Both the position numbers and the translations under genes were made by a program. This document shows positions 16,380-28,300 of a DNA stretch of 64,000 nucleotides, in pieces. The stretch lies in the IMG/VR virus record IMGVR_UViG_3300032242_000488, positions 32,001 to 96,000 of that record. One strand, 5' to 3'. The DNA comes from a virus. Under the pieces are notes generated by a model that was not told the DNA's origin, did not search any database, and saw only the letters and a program-made list of their open reading frames with translations. Numbering within the stretch: position 1 is the stretch's first letter; each line of letters starts with the position of its first letter.

Positions 16380-19300
16380 ATGGCACGTAAAATAGTAGAC
16401 ATCGGCGTAGAAGGTAATGACGGTACTGGTGACAGTATTCGCGAAGGTTTTAGAAAAGTTAATGAAAACTTTAAAGAAATCTATGCTGTATTTGGACAAG
16501 AAGGCACTCTAGCATTTTTAAATCTAGGTGATGTAGAAGCTGGACAGCTCAAGAATTACTCTGCTATAGCTAATCAACTGCCAATTGTCAACAGTCAGGG
16601 TAGCGGAATCAAATTTAAGCCTATGGTTGGTGCTAACGGTTTAACAATTGCCTATCCAGATGATCCTGCTGATCCTAACTATAATAAGATTGTTTTAACA
16701 CAACAGCGTTCTACTTCAGAATTAGGCTCTGCAGATATCCCTGGAAAATTTGGTAATGTTGTAGATGGTCAAGGATTTTTGCTTGGAAACATTGCAGATC
16801 CTACGCAAGCCAACGTACTAAATTGGAACAGCGGGTTTGGCCGTTCTGGACAAACTGTTATTGGTGCTGAGAAATTCCCTGTTCCTTTAGGCTTTGCTGA
16901 TAATCGATATATTAACAAAGGTACAGTAGCAGGCGAGCAAGCTGATGCAATGGTTGGCTATTTGTCCGTACCGGCAGGTGCTTCTGGCGATCAAGTGGCG
17001 CAGGCTGCTGAAACTGTATTAAAAGCCGGTGCAACAATGACCGGCAAACTATTCCTAAGCGATCACCCGGGTGATCTAGCAGGTGCCGGAAATCCGTTAG
17101 GTGTTGATGACAAGCAAGCGGCTACAAAATATTATGTAGATACAACTGCATACTCAAGTAAAGTTAACTTGTATGTTAGCAGTAACGGCGATGATTCACA
17201 GGTCAAGACTCCTCCAGGAAAAGAAGGAAGAGCATTTGCCTATGCCTTCCAATCTCTAGTAGCGGCTTGTTTAAAAGCTGAACAGCTGATTGACGACAGT
17301 CCATGGGAAACTGGACCCTATCGACAATTAATTGCCTACGGAGGCGGAAAATACTATTCTGAGATCGTCAGCGGTGGTATTATTATTGGCGGTGGATTGA
17401 ACGGAACTACTCGTATTAAATTTAATAACGATAGCGGTAGCCCTGTTGATCAAGGTGTTGCAAACAACAAAGATATTATTCCAGGAAAAATAGTTGTAGG
17501 CCGCAATAGTGGCGCTAGAGGATTTATTGTCAAGTATGGAACAATTGATAATACAGACTATGTTGACCTAAGAGATGTTACAGGATCATTTGAAACAGGT
17601 GAAAACTTGTTCTTTGATCAAGCTGTTAAACGTTTAGAAATTTCTATCTTCATCGAGTCCGGAACTTACTACGAAGATTATCCGATCCGTATTCCACGTA
17701 ATTGTTCTATTCTAGGTGATGAATTCCGCCGTACAGTTATCCGTCCTGCAGACCGTGTGAGTAAGAGCCCATGGGCAGGTACTTGGTTCTATCGTGACTT
17801 AGAATTTGATAACCTAAAAATTGCTGAAACAAACTGGGGTTATCATTATCTAACTGACCCAACAAACAAAGCATCGACCCCAAAAAATAACAAAGACATT
17901 GACGTATTTTTATGTAATGACGCTACTATTATTCGTCAAATCAGCGCACAGGGACATGGCGGTTTCATGATGGTGCTTGACCCTAATGGTCAAATTTTAA
18001 CCAAATCCCCTTACTGTCAACAGTCAGGTTGTTTCTCTGGGTCATTAAACAAACAAGCATTCCGAGGTGGACAATACGTTGACGGCCAAGCTGGCAGTAT
18101 GCCTGTAACCACAGTTAGTGCTAATTTTAATCAAACTGAGATTACCGTAACTGATGCGTTCCGTGTGCCACAAACACCTACTGCATTCTTTGTTAAAGGT
18201 AAGAGATACAAAGTTGATACTTTTACTGATAACGGATTAGGCTATAGAGGGGCTAGAGAACTATTATTATTAAACAAAGAATTTATTGTTGCTGAAACCA
18301 TTGCCTATGTCAATGATGTTGTAACACCAACATTTGTATATGACGCAATTCAGTTTAGTATTGATGTTGGTAAAATTGTTAATGCCGTTGCCTGGGATAT
18401 TGTACTTGACAGTAATATTCAATCTATTTTATTTGCCGAATCTTATGTTACTCTACCGTCACAAAAATCTGCAATATTAGTTGCACTCAATTATGTAAAA
18501 GATTCCTTATCATCGTTATTATCATCTAATGCAACTGCGGCTGCTCGAGCCCGTGCTAAGATGGATATTATCATCCAAATAATTACATACGGAGTTGAAG
18601 ATCGAACTATTCTTGATGCAAGCTCTTGGAGTTACGACGGCACTACAATCAGTGTCACTAAGAGTTCAGGTCACGGTCTAGGAGCAGGATGGTCAGTAAA
18701 GATTGTAGATGCTACTGCATCTACCAATGCACCGAATGGTGTATTTAATGTTGCTTCCGTTGTAAACGATAACACGTTTACCTATGTAGTTACAAATGCA
18801 CCAACTGGCACTGCTGGTGGTACTCTTAGATTTACTAGCTCGCCTATTCCAATTAGATCAATTCCAAATCCGCCAGTGGATCCGCAAGCACTACCAGCAA
18901 CCACTGCCGGTATTCAAAATAGTCTTGCATTACTAATTGCCAATAGAGAATTAATCAAAGCTGAATATATTGCCTATATTCAAACATACTACTCAGATTT
19001 CTTATTTGGTACTAGAGGTGTTGTTGGCTATATTAGAGATGCTGACAGAATTGTCAATGCCGTCATCTATGATACCATCTACGGTGGTACAAGCCAAACT
19101 GTGCTAGTTGCTCGAGGTTTCTTTGATAGTGAAGGCAAATCAACCATATCAACCGAAGTTACACAGATATACAACGGATTAGAATGGATTAGAGATGTTG
19201 CTGGCCAAGTGGTTACTGATACGCAAATTACCAATCTGTTGCAAGTGTCTGTAAAACAAGTTAGAGGAACAGCTGGTACTAGTGCAATAGCCACCTCAGT

Positions 19301-22300
19301 ACAAGATAATTTTAATTATATTATCACCGCTATTCGATTCGGTCAGGACACACTACCCGCTGTTGCTTACCCCGGTATCGAAAACGTAGCAACTACCCTC
19401 CAATCGGCTAAGAGTCTAATAGACATAAATGTAAACACTATTCGCTCAAATACTATTGCGTTTATTAACAGCAAATATCTTTATAATATATATGCGGCAC
19501 AAAGAGATATTAGATTCTTAATCGACGATCTTGCACATGATATTGTCTACACCGGCAATCTCAACATGGTCGAGCACGGTCTAGGATATTTTGTAGGAGA
19601 TGCAAAATTAGTAAGTGATGCTGAACGTCCAAGAACATTGGCTATTCTAGATTACCTAAAGCAATTGGCATTATATGTTGTTGACAACAAAGATATACCA
19701 AGTCCACAATTAGTTAATGTTGGCGCTTTGGTTATTGGACAAACTTACAAAATTAATACTGTTGGCTCAACAGTCTGGACAGCGTTGGGATCAGTTGATA
19801 GTGTTCATAACACTGTCTTTACTGCAACTGCTACCGGTCTAGTCACTGCTGGACACTTTGTAGTAGGTCGTGCGTATACTATTGTATCAAGAGGTAATCC
19901 AAATAATCTAACCAACTTTATCAACATTGGATCTCCAAGCAATTCTGTTGGGACTGCATTTATTGCCACAGGTGTTGGTACAGGAACTGGTACTGCTATT
20001 CAAGGTACTGGTAATGCTAGACTAGCCAGCGGCAGTGATTTCTACAGAAGACAGTTTGCCATCAGCCAAACAATTCAGTTAGTATCAAGCGGAGCAGGGC
20101 CTGCTACTATTGTGCCAAGTTTAACTTGGGTCAATACTAATTTAGTTAATGCTTTCCAAAGATTAGAAACTGACAAGACTGCAATCGAGGCAGCTATTGT
20201 TACATGGATCAATAACAACATTGCCGGAAATACAAATAACCCCGGAAGTATCTGGTACGGATTTAGTTACAACAGCGGAGAATTTAGTAAAACTGTAGGT
20301 GCAATAATTGATGTTGTTGGTTACGATATGATGTTTAACAGCAACTTTAGAAGTAGCAGATTTGGTATAGACTACTATACCGCTAATCTATCTAGTCTGT
20401 CTACATCTATTGCGGCTTTTGGTTACTTGAAAAATTATCTATTATCAACAGTTACATCAGCTAGCTATGGCGACACAGCCAATACTAGAGTTGGTGATAA
20501 GATGGATATTATTTTATCAATCCTTGCCACCGGATCTGGTGCAGTACCTGCATATCTATTGCCAAGTCCAACAGGTTTTGATATAGATTACAGCAATGCA
20601 AAACGATTAATCAGCGATAATAAGGCATTTATAGTTGACGAAATAACTACATGGATAGCCGCACAAATTGCAGGTAACATTACTCCGTTTACTACTCAGT
20701 TCCAATATGATGCAACAGCGTTTTCAAATGGTGTGTCCCGTGTTATAGATGCTATTCTTTATGACTTAACCTATGGTGGAAATTTAGAAACCATAGTTGC
20801 TGCCAATGCAAACTTTGTGATCACTGATACTGCATTAGGTACAGGACAAAAAGATAAAAGCATTGCTGCCTATGCACGATTAGAAGAAGTCATCGGTAAG
20901 GTAGCACAAGCAGTTACAGTGTTAGATAAACATACTGCCATTTTACAAACCACAGCAGTATCCGGAGGCGGACTAACTACTTCAGTTGCATTTGCACAAG
21001 CTCGTGTAGAAGATATAATTAAACAACTTAATATTACAAAAGTTGACAGCAAACCACAATTAGAGTCATTAGTTAATACCACTAGAACAATGGTTGCAAA
21101 TACCGAGCCGTCAACTTATATTGCGGCTAAAGATCTATTAGTTGCTAACCGTTCATTTATACAAGCTGAAGTTTATAACTACTTAAAATACACTTACACA
21201 TTCCCTATCACTCAGACAACTAACAATCAGTTAGTAACTGCTAGTACTGCTAAGATGAGAGTTGGTATGCCGGTTCAATTCCTTGGCACTGACCCATTCC
21301 AAGTGACTATCTTAACAGCATCAACTCCACTACTAGTAGATGGAAAGTATGTGGTTACTTTTGAATTTGCAAGACAACGAGTTAGACCTGATTCAACAAA
21401 AGATTATGAAATACAAGGAAATGCAAACGGACTATATAACCTAATTGTACCAGTTGCTATTGTTCCTGACCAAGCAACAACTGATACTACAACTACTAGT
21501 ATCACCGTAGTATATCCGTTTAATCCTGGAGTATTTGATTACGCTAATCAAACAACTATTCGTGTATCGGGTGGTACATTTGGCGGTGTTAATCGCGATG
21601 CCAAGTACTACGTTAAAGAAATTAAGAGTCTAACTAACTTTACAATTTCAGAAACAATTAATGGATCAACTCCTGGCGCACTATTTTCATTAGACAGTGA
21701 TACAGGATCAATGTATTGCAGATTTGCATTTGACGAAGCTACTTGTAGAAGAGACACAGGATTCTTAGTCAGTAACATTTCTACTGATATACTCTACGGT
21801 GGTCGATACAATACTATTAAAGCAGGTAAGAGATTCTTAGCCGCAAGTTCTGTGCTAGTTGTAACAGAACAAAGTGTCGAGTGCCGAGCTGGTATTAGTT
21901 ATATAGATACTCTAGCACAGACAATTATTAATAATCAAGCTCCGTTGGTAAACTATCAATCATTGAATAATGTTGCCCTAATAGAAACAGTCACTCAAAC
22001 TATTGATACTACTAAGGTAGGAGGCAGTGCGGCAGGCACTACAATTACCGGACTAGTTGCACTAGTTAATAACATTATTTTAAACGGTAAGACATGGACT
22101 AACGATACTAATAATATCCCAGATGCTGTTGTATATCCAAAATATGTTTTACAACTAAATGAAGAAACTCCGTATAGCACAACAATATCAGGAGCACTCC
22201 CCGATGAGATTGTCATGCAGGCAGCTGGTAATACCAGTATGTTGTCAAATGACTGGACACAATTAAACGACCTAGCCTACGGACTAGTTGCTACAAACAA

Positions 22301-25300
22301 CGGATTAATTGAAACAGTTTCTGTGTTCACTTACTACTGCTGGACAGCATACTATTCACGCAACGGTGGACAGATTCGTTCAGTTGCAGGTTCTAATGCC
22401 AACGGAGAATATGGTCTTGTTGCAGAAGGTAGCGATCCGTTTGAAGTTCCAGACTCTGTTAATCTATCTAATGATATGCCGCAGGTGGCAAGAGTTTACA
22501 AAGCAGGACCATTCTCAGCAGAGATGGCCAAAACAAAGACCACTGTTTATATTGACACATACAATTACTTGCCTTACAACGTAAGTGAAATTGAAATTAA
22601 TCATGGTTACACTATTGTTGACGGTGCAGTTACTGGTATTGGTATTACTAGATACGAAGTTGCTGGCGTGGTTGATGCTTCAGGTACCTACTTCTCAACA
22701 GCGCAACCAACAGCCGGTACTCCAACATACAACAGCGGAACTGGCAAATACAGAGTTCAATTTACGTTCCCTGCAAAAACTTATATTCCAGATACAGGTA
22801 GATACTATACTATTACCGGTAATGCTAATACAGCATATAACAATAATTTAACTGGTTGGTTATGCGTAGCGTCTGATACAAGTCATATTACTTTAGAATT
22901 TACCAGTGTTAATCCTGGAACATTTAGTACTGTAACAGCCACTACACTTAAACTAAAGAAAGGTACAATCCTTAGATTAAATCTAAACACTAGCGGAAGT
23001 AATAGTACCATTGCTAGTGGTTTGCAAGCTGACCTTGCTGACAATCAATTGGTTGTTATTAGACCAAATCAAAACTTTAAGTTCTATAATGTTGACAACA
23101 TTAGCCCAACACGACCAAGTACTGCATTAACATTTAGAGGTGATCCTTTAGATAATGCCAGTGCTCCTGTATATCGTGTACTAGCATTTGGTACTAAAGA
23201 TCCGTTAAGCGATGCAATGACGTTGACCTTTAATACAATTTATAATGCATCAAGTGCTAGTAATGTTATTACTGTACCGTCAACTGTGCCTTTACGTGCA
23301 GGTATGACATTGTCAATAGTTAGCGGAACTGGTAGCTTGTCTGATACTGCAACTGTTTTAGCCATCACTAGTGACACTACATTTACAGTCAGCCCACCTC
23401 CTGCGGTAGCTCTAGTGAACGCAACTTTACAAGCAGAGTCGCCAACACTTAACGATGTTATTCTAACATTTGACTCTGGTTATAGCTATATTGGTCTAGT
23501 CATTGATCAGGATCATAATACATTAACAGAGGCAGCGGCAGGTATAGACGGTGGAAGCACTACTCGAACACTAGGTTCACAGATCGGTGACCAATGGCTT
23601 GCTATTAGAAAAATTAATAGTGCCGGAGAATTACAACGTATATTAACTGGCCAAATGTGTTTTGGTTGGAATGGGCGTGTTCACAGAATTTCCAATTATC
23701 TAACCAGAACTATTAGTAGTACTGAAGGTTACGGCATTATACAAATTAACGAAGTCACTGATGATGCTAGTAGAGGTTACCAAGATATTAGCGGATACGG
23801 ATATACAGGTATCACTGCTCCAACACGACCAGGTGAAGGTTATAATGTTACAACGGCCACATATGATTCCGATGCTCAACTAATAACTTATACAATTAGT
23901 GGTTTAGAAACTGCTCCAAACACAGCTAGATTTACAGGTGCTATTTCTGCTATTTCTCCGATTGGAGCAACTGGTGGGACATTAACTGTTAGTAGTATTA
24001 GTTCTGGAACCATGTTAATAGGATCTACTATTACTGGTATTACTGGTACTAGTGTAACTGCTGGAACTAGAATAACTGCGCAGGTAACATGTTCTGCGGC
24101 ATCAATATATAATTCTAGTGCAACAGGAACTAGCGGATCATATACGCTAACATTAAGTGCAGGATCAGTTAACATTCTAAATGGACAATTTGTTTCTGGT
24201 AATGCGGCAATTATCGACGGCTTACCTGCTAATACATATGTGACAAATGTTAGCGGTAATACAGTTACATTAAGCAACGCATTGACTAAAAATTTCTCTG
24301 CTACTGTTTACTTCTATACTGCTGGCTTAGCTGGTATATATGCTGTTGATAAGTCGCAAACAGTATCAAGTCAAGCAATGGGTGTTCACTACACTGTCTA
24401 CGGTAACAGTAACGCTAGTTATGATATCGCTGGACCGATACTAACTTCAACTTATCAGTCATTGACTATTGCGGCTGCTAAGGCTACCGTTGTTGGAACA
24501 GTTTCAGGATTATACTTAACTGTTAACTATGTAAGTGGTAATACCATACAGCTTGGTCAAAGCGTTAGTGGTACTGGATTAAATGCAGGAACATATATTG
24601 TATCACAAAGTTCTGGAACTGCGGGCGGTGCAGGAGTGTATCTATTAAACACAGTTGCTAATATTGTAACACCGACATTTACTGGAGCTATCAATAACTT
24701 GAGCAGTGGTGCTGGTAATGTTCTAACTGTTAGCGCAGTGGCCAGCGGTACTATCTTAGTTGGTGCTGACATTCAGAAAACTGCAGGTAGTGGTGTGACC
24801 GCTGGCACTACTATTACAGGACAGCTTACTGGTGTAACTGCATTTACAACTACTGCTACAGGTACACAAGGTACATTTATATTAACAGTTGCGTCAGTTG
24901 GTACTGCACCTGCAGGAGTTATCAAAGGACAGCTAGTTACTGGTAGTGGCATTCCAAATGACACATACGTTAGCGATATTAACTTAACAGGTATTACCCT
25001 AACTAGAGCACTAACCGGTAATGCTACTGGAGGTACTTACACATTTGCAACAGCTGGATCAACCGGTACATACTCTGTAGATACTAGCCAATTGGCCACA
25101 TCGGGCGAAATGAAGGCTGTGTTTATAGCGATACCTGGGGCATTTGGTTCAACTAGTGCTACACGTATTTTCCCAACAGAGAAATTATATAATCCTTCAC
25201 TAGTACAAGATAACACAATTACTATCCGTACTGGTCTAAGTGCAGGTGAACCGGCAGACATTATTGTTAACATTAGTACTTGCCGTGTTACTGGCCACGA

Positions 25301-28300
25301 CTTTAGTGATATTGGTACAGGTGGTTATAACCAATCTAACTATCCAAATAAAGTTTATGGTCCAGGTAAAGCAAAGAATCAAAAGAAAGAAGTTGCTGAA
25401 CGCGGTACAGGTCGTGTATTCTGGGTCGCTACTGACCAAGACGGATTCTTCCGTGTAGGTCGATTCTTTACAGTTGATCAAGGTACCGGTACTGTTACAT
25501 TTGCGGCTTCATTGGCACTGAGTAACTTGGACGGTCTTGGATTTAAACGTGGTCGTGCTATTAATGAATTCTCAGATGATGACACATTCCAAGATTTATC
25601 AGATACCAAAGTTCCAACAGAACATGCCATTGACGGTTATCTAAATCGTCGATTAGGTATTGATCGCAATAACATTGTTATCAGCGAAGGAACTCTAGGA
25701 GCAGGATTTTTAGATCGTAACGGTATTCTAGAAATGAATGCCAACTTGAGACTTGGTGGACATTATGTTGAGAACTTAGGTGAAATTACACCTACTACTC
25801 CGTTCAACTATGCAGTTACAAAACGCTATGTTGATGGTCAACAAATGTCTGACGCATCAGTGGATGTTGACGGACATGTTAATAATGATCTGTTAATATA
25901 CAACTATGATAGAGCAACACCGGCATGGGTCAATGCCAGGAGCTCAAGCCCTAATAGTCAAATATATGTTGAATTAATTGCTGATAAAGAACTTGACATT
26001 CGTGTTAAACGTGAAACTATCAGCAACAGTCAAGTTAGAGAAGATGCTAACATATCACAAAATAAAGTTGATATTAACGTGGCTAATGAGCAACGCGATC
26101 AAGGCGTACTACTGTCTAGTGTACAACTGACCAGCGGATATGTAGTAGCTACAGCAGATGCTCCTACAGGTAAATCTCCACATTGCTTGGTCAAATTATC
26201 TGTAAATGGTACACCTACTGCACTATCAACTAATATTTGGTATACCGTATCAGGAAACAGCAACCTAAACTACAATGGTAAGTTCCTATGTGTAAGTTCT
26301 AGTCCACGAGTTGGCGGGGCTAATGCGTATGTAATATTAGAATATCCTGAGAATCCAGGTGTGTTTGGTGGTTCTACTACTACTGTAACTCCTTGGGAAA
26401 CAACTGTTACCACACAATTAGACCACGGACTAGTTGCAGGAGATAATATTTTAATTACCGATTCAGTTGTAGCATCAGTTAGCCTATCTGCAACAGGTTC
26501 AATTAACAGCCGTCAACTAATACTAAGTTCGCAAAATAGTGGAATTGGTACTGGACAACTAGTTACAGGTATCGGTATTCCAGACAACACCTATGTAGTA
26601 TCAGTTGATCAGGCCAACGTTACATTGAGTGAAAAATTAACTAAAGCAGTCAATGGCGTTTGTGTATTTGCATCTAATATTAATGGCAATTGGTTGATTA
26701 AATCTGTTCCGTCTACTAATTCTTTTGTAATATCTCTTGATACAAGACTGTCAGGAGCATTTACATTAACTACTGCTCGAGCAACCAAACTGGGACTATC
26801 AACATTTAACAAAAATCAATTTGCAGTGACAAATGGTTTTGTATCGTTAGAAACAAGTTCTACTGATGCAGTGACAGCCGCAATCAATGCCAATAGTAAT
26901 ATAGTAACTATATCGAGCAGTGACATGGCTAAGGTCAGCGTTGGTCATGTGATTACTATTAGATCTAATGCTAGCCTAGTGACCATTCCAACAACTGCAT
27001 TGGCCAATCCAACAGGCATTGACAACGGTGTTCAACCACAGCCAATGACTGTAACTGCCATTACCAGTGCTACTACATTTACTGTATCGGTAGCATTTAG
27101 TGGATCTGGTTCAGCGGCTAGTGCTATACTGAATATTATTTCAGGTGTACCGTTATCAAGCCTACAACAAGTTGAAACAGACAGCATTATTGGTAATCTT
27201 AGCGGAAGTAGAACTAGTCCTAATACAGTAACTAGCGGACAAATTGTCAAAGCTGGTGACGGTATTAAGAACATACAGTTTAATGATGATTTATTAGCTG
27301 ACGTAAATGTACGCGGTATTATGAGTATTATCGCAAGAGACACTGTATACCCGCACAAGAATACATATGGCGTTTGGAACGTAACTAAAACAGGTGCTGG
27401 TAATAGTGTTGTTCGTACAACCAACGAAGGTGCAATTGAAGCTACTCAATATATCTTGGATGGTAAGAAAGCTATTGATACATCAAGTGGAGCCAACATT
27501 GACTTCTTTACACCAGGATTGGCCAAGTTCTTAACAGCCAACGGTAATGACAGTGTTGCGGCCGCTCCTACTATTTCAATTGGTACATTTACAACAGCAG
27601 TTAATACCAGTGCAACAAGTAACACCAACGGTGCAATTACTGTTGTGTCTATTGCTAACATGTACATTGGACAAGAGTTATCATTCAGTGGCACACCATT
27701 TGGTGGCATTAGTGTTGGAACATACTATATTGTTTCTATAAATTCAGGTTCTAACACAATAAGCATCAGCACAAGCGACACATTGTCTCCTGTGTTTACT
27801 GGAACTACTGCTAATGGTTCAATGACTGTAACTGGTACTATTACTAACCCAGGGGTACTAAACGGTCAGGTGTATGTGCCAAACTTAAAAGCATATGGTA
27901 CTGTAACATTTAATCCTATTAATGCCAACATCAGTTTACAGCCACGTTCAACAAACGGATCAACTGGTACTATCACCATGTTCCCTGCTGTTAACGGTAG
28001 TATCAATAATATGGCAATTGGTGCGCTTTCTGAATCAACTGGTAAGTTTACCACTGTTGAGATTACCAGCGTAACAGATGCTGTTAATTCTACAACTGGT
28101 CCGTTAAAAGTTGCAGGTGGCGCAGCCATTGCTAAGAAATTATTTGTAGGCGGAAACTTTGAAGTTACTGGAAATGCACTAGTAACAGGTGACCTAACTG
28201 TTAAGGGCGTAACAACTACTGTTAATTCAAATACAGTTAACATTGCTGATAAGAATATTGTACTTGCAGGCGTTACAACATCACCAAGAATCAGTTGTGA